Shown one piece after another: positions 1 through 10,697 of a stretch of 64,000 bases of DNA. Position numbers and translations under genes: made by a program. The stretch's first letter is position 1. Each line of letters begins with the position of its first letter. The notes under the pieces were generated by a model. That model was not told the origin of the DNA. It saw only the letters and a list, made by a program, of their open reading frames with translations, and searched no databases. The stretch spans positions 337,313 to 401,312 of the forward strand of contig CAZDOJ010000001.1 in assembly GCA_964507055.1 (NCBI GenBank), read 5' to 3'. The DNA is from an uncultured Gammaproteobacteria bacterium (GTDB lineage Bacteria > Patescibacteriota > Microgenomatia > Levybacterales > UBA12049).

Positions 1-66
1 GAAAGGAGATGTAAGGAGTGTCGGATCAAACTTTAGTTTTTTAAGATAAGTAGTTAATTCTGCCAT
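1..66 (-). CDS. 5' end of an unknown gene immediately downstream of the HlyD-like gene; it continues beyond the window edge
   Basis: ATG at 66 on the minus strand, 11 bp after the HlyD stop. The N-terminus reads MAELTTYLKKLKFDPTLLTSPF. Only 22 codons are visible and there is no recognisable SD. Confidence 0.3.
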   Translation of the reverse strand, partial: MAELTTYLKKLKFDPTLLTSPF

Positions 67-77
67 AGGAAAAGCGG

Positions 78-1544
78 TTATTGTATTTTGACAGTATCGT
101 CAGCGATCACATTACGATTGAGGATAACCTGATCACCACGTTTTAATCCGCTTTCAACTTCTACGTAATCACCAAATACTTCACCAACCTGAATGTCTTT
201 TGATATTGCTTTATTCTTTTCTGCAACAAGCACAAATGATTTATCTTGTGTTTGATAGACAGCATCGATTGGAATCAGTGGTACTGCTGATGATGTATCA
301 GATGCTTTCAGTGGAACTTGGATACTTACATATTCACCATTAGAAAAAAGATCTTGATACTCACTAGGAATATCATATTTCACTGCATACAACTGTCCAC
401 TTGTTGCTTCTGTTGCAACATAAAGAGGTGTTATAGAAATCTTTTTGTTCTTTTTTTGAATGATACTTGGTTCTCCTGTTGAAAGCATTGCTGCAACTGC
501 CTGAGGAACTTGTAAAAATGCAGTTGATTCTATGTCGTCAGCAGCAATCGTTGCAAGTTCCGTCCCTGCATTTACCATTTGACCTTTTCTTACAGCGATA
601 CTTTGTACAGTTCCTGTAAATGGACTTGCTGGATAAAATGCCGCCTCATTCACATATGCTAATTGGACTTGAAGGTGGGATACATCTCTATTCAACTCCA
701 AAGTTTTTTGTTGTATATCTAATTGTTTTAAAGCTGCTTCCTTTTGTGCATTGGCAATAATTGCTGGTGGATTTTCATTAGAAGCTTGGTACTCAGATGT
801 TCTTTGTGCTGCACGCAATTGATTTAGTCCACTTTGCAGTTGATTTGCACTTCCTTCCAGTTCACCAATTTGTTGATCACTTGATCCGTTTGTATTACTT
901 TGTTTTAGAAGTTTCAACGTATCATTAATACTATTTAGTTGATCTTGATTTGCATTGACTAAGTCTGATGTCTCGCCGAGTGATTGTCTTGTAATGTCTC
1001 GTGTCCTTTGTTCATTTTCAGCGGATGCAGTTGCTACATCTTTTTGTGATTGGATTAAAGAATTTTGTGTTCCGAATGTGTCAAGAACATTTTGATATTG
1101 TGTTTGTGCAATTTGTCTTTGAACAGATGCTGCATTTCCACCTTGATAATTTGAAGATAAAGAAATGATTTGTTGACCTTTATTTATTTTATCCCCTTCT
1201 TTTACTGAAATGTTTTGTACAATTCCAGGTGATTGTGCAATGATTGTGATAACTCCTGTTTTATCGATTCTTGCTTGGTATGTTGCTTTTGGACCATCAC
1301 CAATGCTGTACACTTCAACTGCTCTTGTAACTCTTTCAGGTGCTTTCTCTGGTGGTGTTTGTTGAATAAATTTACTAACGATAAGTAAAACAAGCAGAAG
1401 ACCAAGAATAAGAAAAAAGCTTCCTACGGGTCTCTGTTTAATGAAAGTAACACTACGGTGATATGTATTCTTTGAAGAAGATGTAAATCTATTTCTAAAA
1501 GTATCGTGTTGTGAAGTTTGATTTTCAAAAGTTTTGTCTGCCAT
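78..1544 (-). CDS. HlyD-family membrane-fusion / secretion adaptor protein
   Basis: One N-terminal TM helix, a long Q/N-rich coiled-coil middle, and a C-terminal beta-barrel-like region. This is the typical periplasmic-adaptor architecture, and the downstream partner gene is cut off at the window edge. Confidence 0.75.
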   Translation of the reverse strand: MADKTFENQTSQHDTFRNRFTSSSKNTYHRSVTFIKQRPVGSFFLILGLLLVLLIVSKFIQQTPPEKAPERVTRAVEVYSIGDGPKATYQARIDKTGVITIIAQSPGIVQNISVKEGDKINKGQQIISLSSNYQGGNAASVQRQIAQTQYQNVLDTFGTQNSLIQSQKDVATASAENEQRTRDITRQSLGETSDLVNANQDQLNSINDTLKLLKQSNTNGSSDQQIGELEGSANQLQSGLNQLRAAQRTSEYQASNENPPAIIANAQKEAALKQLDIQQKTLELNRDVSHLQVQLAYVNEAAFYPASPFTGTVQSIAVRKGQMVNAGTELATIAADDIESTAFLQVPQAVAAMLSTGEPSIIQKKNKKISITPLYVATEATSGQLYAVKYDIPSEYQDLFSNGEYVSIQVPLKASDTSSAVPLIPIDAVYQTQDKSFVLVAEKNKAISKDIQVGEVFGDYVEVESGLKRGDQVILNRNVIADDTVKIQ

Positions 1545-1606
1545 AATCTATAAAAATTAAATAGTGGCAGTACTATAAAAATCTAAGTACTATTATATGA
1601 AAAACT

Positions 1607-2443
1607 GTGCCTTTTGTCTACAGAGAAAAGTTATTGGACTTGCTAAATGATGTAATGATTTATATAATGAGTTTTCAAATAATGAAGAATTTTACCTCTA
1701 CTAAATTTAAAATATTCCGAGAAACATTAATTCTTGTATTACTTATTCTTGTTGTCAAAACTATCCTTAGCCATTTTGGCTGGGAGTTTATTTCGACGTC
1801 TGCTTTGATGACAAGTATTATCTCAGGAAGTATTTTTGTCTTAGGTTTTATTCTTTCGGCAACATATCGAGATTACAAAGAAAGTGAATATGTACCAGTC
1901 AGTGTCGTTACAGCAATTGAAAGTATTCATAGTGATGGATTACTTTTCAAAAAACAATACAAAAAATTTGATTTTGATGAATTGAATAAAATCTTATTGA
2001 GCATATTAGATCATTTTAAAAAAGATTTAATTGCACATACAAAAAAAGCGTACTTCAAGACAAATGAACTTACATTTGTCTTTGAAAAACTTGAGAAGCT
2101 TGGCGTTCCAGCAAATTATATTGTAAAGCTCAAGCAAGATCAGAATATAATTCTTAGAGGTATCCTGCGTGTTAACTACATTCAAAAAATTCAACCGATT
2201 CCATCAGCGTTTATTCTTGTCCAATCGATTGTAAGTGGTTTAGTAATCATATTACTTTTTACCAAGATGGATTCTATTGGAAATGAGTTGATGGCAATCG
2301 GTTTCATAACATTTATATTTATTTACATGTTGAAATTAATTCGTGTTCTTGAGAAACCATTTCATGAAGAAGGAAGTACTATGGATGATGTTAGTCTTTT
2401 CCATCTTAAAGAACAACAGCTCCGTCTTTCAAAAGAGAAATAA
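1607..2443 (+). CDS. membrane protein with 2+2 TM topology and a central soluble domain (DUF4239/bestrophin-like)
   Basis: Two N-terminal and two C-terminal hydrophobic helices flank a roughly 110-aa soluble region. The family assignment is tentative. Confidence 0.4.
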   Translation: MPFVYREKLLDLLNDVMIYIMSFQIMKNFTSTKFKIFRETLILVLLILVVKTILSHFGWEFISTSALMTSIISGSIFVLGFILSATYRDYKESEYVPVSVVTAIESIHSDGLLFKKQYKKFDFDELNKILLSILDHFKKDLIAHTKKAYFKTNELTFVFEKLEKLGVPANYIVKLKQDQNIILRGILRVNYIQKIQPIPSAFILVQSIVSGLVIILLFTKMDSIGNELMAIGFITFIFIYMLKLIRVLEKPFHEEGSTMDDVSLFHLKEQQLRLSKEK

Positions 2444-2463
2444 TTTCCGCTATACTTACTGTA

Positions 2464-2961
2464 ATGAAGCTTTTTGCTTACGGTGCTCTTATGAGTCCAA
2501 CCCATTTGAAATATATTAATGTGAGCCCTCTTTCTAGGGAAACCGCAATGTTAGAAGGATATGAATTACGTTTTGAGAAAATTCAATCTCATAATCCATA
2601 TTATGGAGCAGCGAATATTCGTAAAACTCTTTCATTATCAAAAGTATTTGGTGTTGTCTATGATATCACGGATGAAGATTTGGCAATTATTGATGAACGT
2701 GAGGAATATCCAACTGGATATACACGAGAGAATATCACAGTACAATTGTTATCAGGAGAAACAATTGACGCTATAACATACATTGCACATCCAGAAATGA
2801 TTGCAGAAAATTTATTACCGACTAAAGAATATATTAGTTTGATTACAGAATCTGTAGATATCCTTCCTGAGGAATATATTCAGTTGCTTAATGAAATAGA
2901 AACTCTTCCAGAACATTTAAATATAAATAACTTAATTGAGGACAACAATAAAGAGGTTTAA
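2464..2961 (+). CDS. gamma-glutamylcyclotransferase (AIG2/GGCT-like)
   Basis: N-terminal FAYGALM matches the YGSxM signature of GGCT/AIG2-like proteins. The size fits, and there is an acidic C-terminal tail. Confidence 0.65.
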   Translation: MKLFAYGALMSPTHLKYINVSPLSRETAMLEGYELRFEKIQSHNPYYGAANIRKTLSLSKVFGVVYDITDEDLAIIDEREEYPTGYTRENITVQLLSGETIDAITYIAHPEMIAENLLPTKEYISLITESVDILPEEYIQLLNEIETLPEHLNINNLIEDNNKEV

Positions 2962-3399
2962 AACAGACGCGAAAGACACCCATGCAAGATACGGTACAAG
3001 TAAATATGCAGCATACTTTGAATACTTCTTAAATTGTACTATTGTATACAGTATAGTTAACCAGAGTGCAAGGATTACAAAGAATGCAAATAGAGGCTGT
3101 TCAAGTCCGAAGAACATAAACGACCAAAAGAAATTAAGGAATAATTGCAAGAAAAAAGCAAATATTGCATTCTTTTCTTTCTTCCAAGAGATCCCCTTAT
3201 TCCAGACAATATAAAAAGAGATTCCCATTAATAGATACAATGCACTCCAGACAGGCCCAAAAATCCAATTCGGGGGATTAAAGTTTGGCTTCACAAGTCC
3301 TGCATACCATCCTTCAATTGCTGGCATTGTTACCATACTTCCAGCAAATGCTACAAAAAAGCATAATGCAATTGAAGCAATTAATTTGTAGTAGTTCAT
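2932..3399 (-). CDS. tspO: TspO/MBR tryptophan-rich sensory protein
   Basis: WYAGLVKPNFNPPNWIFGPVWSALYLLMG is the classic TspO signature, with five TM helices. Confidence 0.85.
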   Translation of the reverse strand: MNYYKLIASIALCFFVAFAGSMVTMPAIEGWYAGLVKPNFNPPNWIFGPVWSALYLLMGISFYIVWNKGISWKKEKNAIFAFFLQLFLNFFWSFMFFGLEQPLFAFFVILALWLTILYTIVQFKKYSKYAAYLLVPYLAWVSFASVLNLFIVVLN

Positions 3400-3878
3400 T
3401 TTTTCTTCTTTTCTTGAGGAATAAATTTAATATAGCCAATTGTTATTGCCACGACAAATCCGATTGCAACGACAATAAATCTGAACATATTATCTTCGGT
3501 CGAAAATCCTCGAATAATGCTATATATCAAGGTCAAGAATCCACCAAGTAGTAATCCATCAGCAATTAAAAAAATTGTTTTTGCTAGAACGATACTTATT
3601 ACGAGGGCAACTATTGCAAAAACTAACGAAACAATTGAAACATTTCGACTATATTCTTGCTCTTTCTTTTGATACTGCTTAAATGATGCTTCATACTTTG
3701 CTTGATCTGCGTTTTGTTGTTTTATCTCCTGTGGAGATTGTACTTGATCTGGTGCTGCGATTGGACGAGATGTAGGATATTCAGGGGCTTGAGGCATTGG
3801 ATAGAATGCTGCAATACCTACTCCGACAAGTGTTGCAAAGAGAACGCCGATGAATACTGAGTAGATGAACTTCAACAT
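3396..3878 (-). CDS. hypothetical membrane protein
   Basis: N-terminal TM, a Pro/Gln-rich linker and three C-terminal TM helices. There is a 4-bp start/stop overlap with tspO. Confidence 0.5.
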   Translation of the reverse strand: MLKFIYSVFIGVLFATLVGVGIAAFYPMPQAPEYPTSRPIAAPDQVQSPQEIKQQNADQAKYEASFKQYQKKEQEYSRNVSIVSLVFAIVALVISIVLAKTIFLIADGLLLGGFLTLIYSIIRGFSTEDNMFRFIVVAIGFVVAITIGYIKFIPQEKKKK

Positions 3879-3976
3879 TATCTTAATTCAATCACAAATG
3901 TATTTCTAATGCAATCTTCTCAAGAAAAGTTTAAATTTTACCGCAAACATGCTAGTATAAGCTGATCTTCATTTTT

Positions 3977-5017
3977 ATGGATAAAGTTGTTACATCAACC
4001 ATAAATCGTATTTCATGGATAGATATATGCCGGGGCATAGCAATCCTATTTGTTATGTATGCACATGCTCTTCCGTCAGATAGTTACCGCTACATTTTTT
4101 ATGCATTTCATATGCCTTTATTCTTTTTCCTTTCTGGCATTGTATTCAAGGAAAGCTTCTCAAGCTATTGGATATTCGTTAAAAAGTCTTTCAAAGCAAT
4201 CTTTATCCCCTATTTTATTTTTGCAATACTGACTTATTTCTTTTGGTTCATCAAAGAACATACTACACATAATACGTTGCATGATTTCCTCGAACAAGTC
4301 TTTGGCATTCTCTACGGTAATGGTAATGCAGGATATTTATATTTTAATGTCGCTTTATGGTTCCTTCCTTGTCTTTTCCTTGCAAGAATTGGATTTGCTG
4401 CAATAACACGAATTTCTACACAAATGCGATTTATTATTCCAGTTTTAATTGGACTTTCTATTATCGGATATGTTTTATCTACGTATTATTCATTTCTCAA
4501 ATTACCTTTTGGCATGGAAACAGCATTTACAGCTATTGTGTTTTTCGGATTGGGATTTCTTTTTAAAAAGAAGGAAAAATTATTTGCAATGATGCAACGA
4601 TATGGAATTGCAGTATTCTTAATTGGACTAGGACTTCTTATTTATTTAGCAGTTCTTAATTATCAACAATATGGAGCACAAATTGATCTACGCGTAAATA
4701 GACTCAATGATTATTTCTTATTCTACTCGGCAGCGATTATCGGGATCATTTCTTGGATCTCTTTTAGCATGGTTTTGAAAAAGAATGTTGTACTTGAATA
4801 TATTGGTCAACGAACGATGATTCTTTTTGTTTGGCATTATTTATTATATTCATATTTTACAGACGCTATGAATTCATGGTTTTCCAAACAAACAATTCAG
4901 GATTATAAAATACTTAAACCGGCTATCTTTACTTTATTGGCATTTGGGATAATTTTAGGATTGAGAGAACTACTAAAGAAAATTTCATTTATGAGGAATC
5001 TTCTCAAGATTCGTTAA
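3977..5017 (+). CDS. acyltransferase family 3 (OafA-like) membrane acyltransferase
   Basis: The N-terminus [15 protein letters not shown]...[11 protein letters not shown] and about 10 TM helices are typical of acyltransferase family 3. Confidence 0.8.
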   Translation: MDKVVTSTINRISWIDICRGIAILFVMYAHALPSDSYRYIFYAFHMPLFFFLSGIVFKESFSSYWIFVKKSFKAIFIPYFIFAILTYFFWFIKEHTTHNTLHDFLEQVFGILYGNGNAGYLYFNVALWFLPCLFLARIGFAAITRISTQMRFIIPVLIGLSIIGYVLSTYYSFLKLPFGMETAFTAIVFFGLGFLFKKKEKLFAMMQRYGIAVFLIGLGLLIYLAVLNYQQYGAQIDLRVNRLNDYFLFYSAAIIGIISWISFSMVLKKNVVLEYIGQRTMILFVWHYLLYSYFTDAMNSWFSKQTIQDYKILKPAIFTLLAFGIILGLRELLKKISFMRNLLKIR

Positions 5018-6699
5018 AGCAACTTTGGCTCATTTTTTGGATTGATATTTCCTTCTTCGACTGCCAATTCTTTTCCTGCTTCTTCAACTGGATCAGCGTG
5101 GTGTGTTTTTCTCAATGGAATTTCCTTGAGAAACAAACTGACAAAGAATGTTATAACAGTTAATACTGTGGCGATAAGAAATACTTCAGCAATCGAAGTT
5201 GCGAAAATAACTTTTGCTTTCTCTGCAAATTGATTGAATGCAGTCATTGCTTGTGCTTGCACTGGTCCTGGTAATGATTGTAATTGTGTTTCAATTGCTA
5301 CTCTTCCATCTCCCGTCAAAATGCCTTGTAATTTATTTGCATCAAGTTCTGAAAGATTAAGATTAGGATTCATCGTTGTCATTGTTTGCACAAATTTATC
5401 ATTTGCCAATTCACTTGACTGACGTGACAGACTACTATTCAGTACACCTCCAAGAACTGCTGTCCCGACAGTTGCTCCAATACTTCTGAACAATTGAATT
5501 GATGCTGTAGCAACTCCTAATTTCGAATGATCAAATGCATTTTGTACTGCGAGATTAAAGACAGGCATTGTGACACCAATCCCAAGTCCAGTCAAAATCA
5601 TACGAATAACGAGTTCAGTATTTGTCGTTGTAATAGACATTTGGGACAGAAGGAACATGCCAATTGCGGCGACACCGATACCACTGACTGCAATTATTTT
5701 GTATCGTCCCGTTCGGGAAACGAGTTGTCCTGTCGCAATACTCGCAAAAACGATTCCCAACATCAGTGGTGTAAGAATAGTTCCAGCATCTGTGGCATTG
5801 GTTCCGAGTACAAGTTGTGAGAACAATGGGATATAGAGGATTGTTCCAAACATGCCGATACCCATAAGAAAAATGATAATCATCGAAACAGAAAAGATAG
5901 AATTCTTAAAAAGACTCAGTGGAAGAATTGGCTCTTTGACACGTGCTTCAACAAAAAGGAATGAGTATAAGAAAATAATTGCGTTGGCAAAAAGTGTAAT
6001 TATTTGCCATGAGTCCCAAGCATATTGATTTCCACCCCAAACAAATCCAAGGAGTAAAGAAATTAATCCAATCGAAAGTAAGATGGATCCGACATAGTCG
6101 ATTGATCTATTTGCACGGTCAGATTTAATCTTTGGCATGAGATATGCAACGACAGCGAACGCGAGAATTCCAAGAGGAATATTGATAAAGAAATTCCATC
6201 TCCAAGATGCATTATCAGTCAACCATCCACCGAGGAGAGGTCCGATAACAGATGAGAGTCCAAAAACAGCTCCAAAGAGTCCCTGCCATTTTCCTCGTTC
6301 GGCAGGAGGGAATAAGTCACCAATCACAGTAAATGCATTCGCCATGATTGCTCCTCCTCCGATACCTTGGATTGCACGAAAGGCAATAAGCTGCCACATA
6401 TTCTGTGAAAATCCACTCAGGATTGATCCAATCAAAAAGATGACAATCGCACCGAGAACAAATCCTTTTCGGCCATAAATGTCTGAAAGCTTACCATAAA
6501 TAGGAACAACTACTGTCGATGCCAACATATAAGACGTCACAACCCAACTAAGATGTTCAAGTCCGTTCAGTTCCTTAACGATTTGCGGCAATGCAGTTGC
6601 GACAATGGTTTGGTCTAATGCAGATAAAAGCATCGCCAACATTGTTCCAAGCATTACTGCTATTTTTTGTCCTTTTGTAATATTTGCTAATGTACTCAT
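5014..6699 (-). CDS. MFS transporter, DHA2 (EmrB/QacA) 14-TMS drug:H+ antiporter
   Basis: [13 protein letters not shown]...SWVVTSYML...[10 protein letters not shown]...AIQGIGGG, with 14 predicted TM helices. It lies directly downstream of a MarR gene. Confidence 0.85.
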   Translation of the reverse strand: MSTLANITKGQKIAVMLGTMLAMLLSALDQTIVATALPQIVKELNGLEHLSWVVTSYMLASTVVVPIYGKLSDIYGRKGFVLGAIVIFLIGSILSGFSQNMWQLIAFRAIQGIGGGAIMANAFTVIGDLFPPAERGKWQGLFGAVFGLSSVIGPLLGGWLTDNASWRWNFFINIPLGILAFAVVAYLMPKIKSDRANRSIDYVGSILLSIGLISLLLGFVWGGNQYAWDSWQIITLFANAIIFLYSFLFVEARVKEPILPLSLFKNSIFSVSMIIIFLMGIGMFGTILYIPLFSQLVLGTNATDAGTILTPLMLGIVFASIATGQLVSRTGRYKIIAVSGIGVAAIGMFLLSQMSITTTNTELVIRMILTGLGIGVTMPVFNLAVQNAFDHSKLGVATASIQLFRSIGATVGTAVLGGVLNSSLSRQSSELANDKFVQTMTTMNPNLNLSELDANKLQGILTGDGRVAIETQLQSLPGPVQAQAMTAFNQFAEKAKVIFATSIAEVFLIATVLTVITFFVSLFLKEIPLRKTHHADPVEEAGKELAVEEGNINPKNEPKLL

Positions 6700-6701
6700 A
6701 G

Positions 6702-7127
6702 TTACTTATTTAAATTCTTTACTATTTTTTCCTGAATACTAATTAATTGATTTACTTCTTCTTTAGTCAAGCTAGAAAGTAGTTCTTTCATTCGTTCTCT
6801 TTTTGCTTCTTTCATATGTTTAAGTTTGTCTAATCCTTCTTTTGTTACAGAGAGTAAAATAACTCTTCGATCATTATCATCCCCTTTTCTTTCAATAAAT
6901 CCAGCTTTAAACATGCGATCAATTAATTGCGTTGTTGAAGATAAAGATGCTGTGAGGTGTTTGGCAACATCACTTAATTTTGCATTTGGATTCTCTTCCA
7001 AAAATGACAATGTATGATATTGCAGAATTGTTGCAGTTCTTTCTTCAAAAGTTTGGTTGCTTGAAGTTCCTACATATTTTGTAATATGAATTGTCTGAGA
7101 AATAATTTTATCAATATCAGTTTGCAT
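6702..7127 (-). CDS. MarR-family transcriptional regulator
   Basis: A winged HTH ([39 protein letters not shown]) and a position directly ahead of the MFS gene. Confidence 0.85.
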   Translation of the reverse strand: MQTDIDKIISQTIHITKYVGTSSNQTFEERTATILQYHTLSFLEENPNAKLSDVAKHLTASLSSTTQLIDRMFKAGFIERKGDDNDRRVILLSVTKEGLDKLKHMKEAKRERMKELLSSLTKEEVNQLISIQEKIVKNLNK

Positions 7128-7140
7128 AATAGTTTACGTC

Positions 7141-7169
7141 ATAAATAGTTTATACCGTAAGTTATTTAT
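7141..7169. promoter_or_regulatory. inverted repeat ATAAATA-N15-TATTTAT in the marR/M48 divergent intergenic region; candidate MarR operator
   Basis: Perfect 7-bp inverted arms (7141..7147 and 7163..7169) immediately upstream of the MarR-MFS operon start. Confidence 0.3.
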
Positions 7170-7228
7170 TGTCAAGGTCTTGTTTATATTTACTTTTAGA
7201 ATACGTTGGTATAATATGAGTGTTCCCT

Positions 7229-7879
7229 ATGAAGAATATCACCTACGTGCGATCACGTAAAAGAAGCTCTATTGGTATACAAATTATGCCTGATGCTTCA
7301 GTTACTGTAACTATTCCCTATCTTTTGCCAAAGTTTTTTGCTGAGCGATTTTTAAGAGAAAAACAAGATTGGATTCGGGAGAAACAACAGTTAATGCTTG
7401 CTCGATTACCACAAAAAGAAAAAGGAACATATTTCTATTTGGGTAAAGAATATAGTTTGGGTATTCCTGCAAATCCTAAAGAACTTGTCGAAGTAAAAGA
7501 TAAAATATACGTTGCGAGTACCAATCCAAGTTTAATCAAAAAATATCTAGAAAGTTGGTACAAACAACAAGCACGGAAGATTATTGTTTCTCGAGTTGAA
7601 CATTACGCAAAAATTGCTGGACTTTCTTATCGATCCATTGCCTTAACAAGTGCAGAAACTCGTTGGGGTTCATGCAGTAGTCAAAAGACATTGAACTTTA
7701 ATTGGAAATTAGTTATGGCACCACTTGCTGTTATTGATTATGTCGTCGCTCATGAACTGGCTCATTTAACAGAGATGAATCATTCGCGATCTTTTTGGGA
7801 AACTGTTCGCAAGATGTATCCTTTATATAGAGAGTACAGAACGTGGCTCAAAAGAAATGGTCACAATTTGTCGGTTTAG
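7229..7879 (+). CDS. YgjP-like (DUF45 / M48-type) metal-dependent hydrolase
   Basis: HEXXH (VAHELAHLTEMNHS) near the C-terminus and TRWGSC upstream. The ORF-track start at 7220 is a GTG; the first ATG is at 7229. Confidence 0.7.
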   Translation: MKNITYVRSRKRSSIGIQIMPDASVTVTIPYLLPKFFAERFLREKQDWIREKQQLMLARLPQKEKGTYFYLGKEYSLGIPANPKELVEVKDKIYVASTNPSLIKKYLESWYKQQARKIIVSRVEHYAKIAGLSYRSIALTSAETRWGSCSSQKTLNFNWKLVMAPLAVIDYVVAHELAHLTEMNHSRSFWETVRKMYPLYREYRTWLKRNGHNLSV

Positions 7880-9393
7880 AATCCTGGGAAGTAATCTGTA
7901 ACGATTTGGTTTTGTCCTACTCCAAGTTTTCCCAACAATCTTTTATACGCTTCAACCATTGCAATTGGGCCGGATAAGTAGAATGTTCTCTCTTTAAAGT
8001 CTGGTACTTCTTCAGTTAACATTTTCTCATCAATTCTGCCAACTTTTCCAGTCCATCCAGCAGGGATATGTTCTTTATCACTGAGTACATAGACAGATTT
8101 CAAACCAATTTCCTGCTGTGCTTGATCAAAGACATCTCTGTAAGCAATTTCATTTTCAGTTTTATTAGCATAGAAAAGAACTATTGATCGCGGTTCTTTT
8201 GTATCAATTAGGTATTTAATCATACTTCTAAAAGGTGTAATGCCGATACCTCCTGCAATAAATACAAGTTTCTTCTGTTTATCCTGAGGCATAATGAAAT
8301 CACCAGTTAACTGCGATGCTACTATAATGTCTTTTTCTGTAAACTCCTTTAGTTTGTTTTTAAAACTACTTGCCTTCTCTTCAATTCTGATTCCAAGACG
8401 TAAATGTTTCTCAGTAGGAGCTGAAGCGATAGTAAAGTATCTTCTGTTTCCTCGAATATCAGCCTTTTTATGCGGAAGTGTCCACTCCAGGTACTGACCA
8501 GGTTTGTAATGAAGTGTTTGATTTGAGCGGAAGATATATTCAAAAGTATTCTCCGCAACCTTATTCTTTTCTTTAAATGTGAGGAACATTTTTGCTTTTG
8601 GACTAACAATATAAGAAAAGATGTTTCCGAGTATCAATGCTAATTCTGGTGTAGAGTAAATCGGGCCAAAACTAAATTGCGAACCAAAAAGAAATCCTAC
8701 GATCGCACCATAGATCATTTGCAATTTCTTTGTTGGTGGAGTTGTTAAAGGTTCAGTAAGCATGACAGTTCCAAAGAAGATAATTGGCCAAGATTGGAAT
8801 GCTTCAATAATTGCCTGCTGAATAGCAATACCGTTTATTGCCTGAAAAATACCGATTGTGACTAGACTGACTCCTAAAAATGTAAAGAATAAATGGAAGC
8901 GGCGTATTTTTCTAACTATAAGAAGTCCTATGATTAAAATAAATGGCAGGAGAATATCACTACCTACCCACCAAAGTGCACTCCCATTTCCCATCAATCC
9001 AAGAATTAATGCAGCCGATGCCGCAGGATTAAAAATATGTTTTTTATTAATAGCGAAAATATATTTCGTCGCCATAGCAATAGCACCTGCGGCTATCAGT
9101 GTCAGTGCATCATTTACTCCAGAAACAGGAAGATAAATGAAGAAAAGAATTAATGACGTTATTCCATATGATTCTTCGTTGGTTGGAGCGTTAACAAGTT
9201 TGGAAAAAACAATATTGCTTACATAACAAGTAGCAAGCAATATGAGCATTGATGAGATGAGCTGTGCCGGAGTATAAAAGAGTACTCCCGCAAAGCTCAA
9301 TACAATCGAGATGATTGCGAGGAGAAGTAATCCATAGAGGACGACTTTATACATTGTGTATTTATTGAGGAATTCGTCAATTATTCGAATCAT
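7876..9393 (-). CDS. fusion of a polytopic RnfD/NqrB-like membrane domain with a ferredoxin-NADP+-reductase-like FAD/NAD(P)-binding module
   Basis: The N-terminal ~270 aa carry 6-8 TM helices and an HIFNPA motif. The C-terminus has RRYFTIAS (the RxYS FAD motif) and GGIGITP (NAD(P) Rossmann), the FNR-like fold. The gene sits 6 bp downstream of apbE. Confidence 0.55.
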   Translation of the reverse strand: MIRIIDEFLNKYTMYKVVLYGLLLLAIISIVLSFAGVLFYTPAQLISSMLILLATCYVSNIVFSKLVNAPTNEESYGITSLILFFIYLPVSGVNDALTLIAAGAIAMATKYIFAINKKHIFNPAASAALILGLMGNGSALWWVGSDILLPFILIIGLLIVRKIRRFHLFFTFLGVSLVTIGIFQAINGIAIQQAIIEAFQSWPIIFFGTVMLTEPLTTPPTKKLQMIYGAIVGFLFGSQFSFGPIYSTPELALILGNIFSYIVSPKAKMFLTFKEKNKVAENTFEYIFRSNQTLHYKPGQYLEWTLPHKKADIRGNRRYFTIASAPTEKHLRLGIRIEEKASSFKNKLKEFTEKDIIVASQLTGDFIMPQDKQKKLVFIAGGIGITPFRSMIKYLIDTKEPRSIVLFYANKTENEIAYRDVFDQAQQEIGLKSVYVLSDKEHIPAGWTGKVGRIDEKMLTEEVPDFKERTFYLSGPIAMVEAYKRLLGKLGVGQNQIVTDYFPGF

Positions 9394-9398
9394 ACTTT

Positions 9399-10328
9399 TT
9401 ACGTGTTATAGAAAATTTCTCCAGGAAAAGTCTCAGATTTTTTCAGCGTAAGATCTTTATATAGCATAGCATAATCAAAAGTGAAGTGTTCGGAAAGTAC
9501 TTCAGGTGAGGTGAAATATAAAGCGGTTGCCAATGCATCGGCGAGAATTGCTTTCTTTGCAATAACCCATACTGAGACAATATGTTCTGGTGATGTATTC
9601 GTTTTTGGATCGACAATATGATGATACTTATCCCATTTTCTTCGGTTACCAGCAGAACCGCAGATACTTCCATTCGTGATATTAACCAATCCGATTACTT
9701 GCTTTGGATTTGCTGGATGTTCAAGTCCAATCCGTAATGGATTTTGTTCAGCAGATTTATACAATATGTCTCCCCCAGCATCAATGCAGTAGGAAGTTAC
9801 TCCTTCCAATTCTAATAAAACTCCAACTTGATCAACAATATGTCCTTTTCCACCTGCTCCAAAATCAAGCATGGCAGGTTGTTTTAATTCTAATTTTGGA
9901 TAATGAAATTCGATAATATCTTCCCATTTTGGAGCTTGTCTTATTGTTTCTTTCGGCTTTAATGAATAAGATGCATCATATCCTAAGTCTTCCATAACAT
10001 TACCGATAAGCGGAGTGAATGCTTTGTCAGTAATTTTATAAAGTTTGTGATAGAGCTTAAATAGTTCTCTTGAGTCATTTGGTAATATATCTTGTCCACC
10101 TTTTGCGGCAAGTTTTACAAGTGTAGAGTCTGGTCTAAATCGGGAATACACTTTGTCATATACTTCTATTCGTTCATGTACTTTGTTGATAAAATCTTGC
10201 TTCGTCAAACGAGAATTGTACGCAAAAATATCAATCGTCCATGATGTCCCAATTGCTTCAAATGAGAATTGTAGTGTTTGCATAAATGAGTACTTACCTT
10301 TTATAAATGTTTTGGTAAGTAATTTCAA
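9399..10328 (-). CDS. apbE: FAD:protein FMN transferase ApbE
   Basis: FEAIGTSW, LDFGAGGKGHIVD and SAGNRRKWDKYHHIVDPKT match ApbE-family signature blocks. There is no signal peptide or lipobox. Confidence 0.8.
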   Translation of the reverse strand: MKLLTKTFIKGKYSFMQTLQFSFEAIGTSWTIDIFAYNSRLTKQDFINKVHERIEVYDKVYSRFRPDSTLVKLAAKGGQDILPNDSRELFKLYHKLYKITDKAFTPLIGNVMEDLGYDASYSLKPKETIRQAPKWEDIIEFHYPKLELKQPAMLDFGAGGKGHIVDQVGVLLELEGVTSYCIDAGGDILYKSAEQNPLRIGLEHPANPKQVIGLVNITNGSICGSAGNRRKWDKYHHIVDPKTNTSPEHIVSVWVIAKKAILADALATALYFTSPEVLSEHFTFDYAMLYKDLTLKKSETFPGEIFYNT

Positions 10329-10690
10329 TATAATTTTTTATCTTCTATATCTTCGAGCTCTTCATCAGAAAGTCCAAAATGATGCCCTAACTCATGCAGT
10401 ATCGTCTCTCGAATCATAGGTTTTATAGTATCCTCAGAATGGGATGCAGCAAGGATTGGTTCTTTGAAGAGTGATATTTTGTCTGGAAGTGCAGAATAGT
10501 TTGCTCTTTCAGTTTTAGGGATGCCATGGTACAGTCCAAGTAAATCATATGGGCTTGTAAAGTTTCCTAATTGTTCTTTGGTTGGCCAATCCTCTATTAC
10601 GATTTCTACGTTATCAATTTGTGATTGCAGTTCTTTGGGGATTTCCGCGATTGCTTCTTTAACAATCTTTTCGAATTCTGCTGTGGTCAT
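10325..10690 (-). CDS. zincin-like metallopeptidase-fold protein (DUF1025 type)
   Basis: ILHELGHHFGLSDEELEDIE is an HEXXH-containing C-terminus typical of this small cytosolic family. There is a 4-bp overlap with the apbE start. Confidence 0.6.
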   Translation of the reverse strand: MTTAEFEKIVKEAIAEIPKELQSQIDNVEIVIEDWPTKEQLGNFTSPYDLLGLYHGIPKTERANYSALPDKISLFKEPILAASHSEDTIKPMIRETILHELGHHFGLSDEELEDIEDKKLY

Positions 10691-10697
10691 AATGATG

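Noticed and set aside
5527-6478. Three antisense ORFs (5527..5820, 5570..5836, 6137..6478) within the DHA2 MFS gene
   Set aside because: They are out of frame or antisense to a well-supported 561-aa transporter. They have no start context and atypical composition.
7220-7228. ORF-track start of the YgjP-like gene at 7220
   Set aside because: Codon 7220..7222 is GTG, rendered as M by the track. The first ATG in frame is at 7229 and was preferred; either is possible.
8349-8609. 86-aa basic ORF (MLVQKQKCSSHLKKRIRLRR…) on the minus strand inside the RnfD-FNR fusion gene
   Set aside because: It is in an alternative frame of a well-supported CDS, has no start context, and its composition is typical of frame-shifted AT-rich coding DNA.
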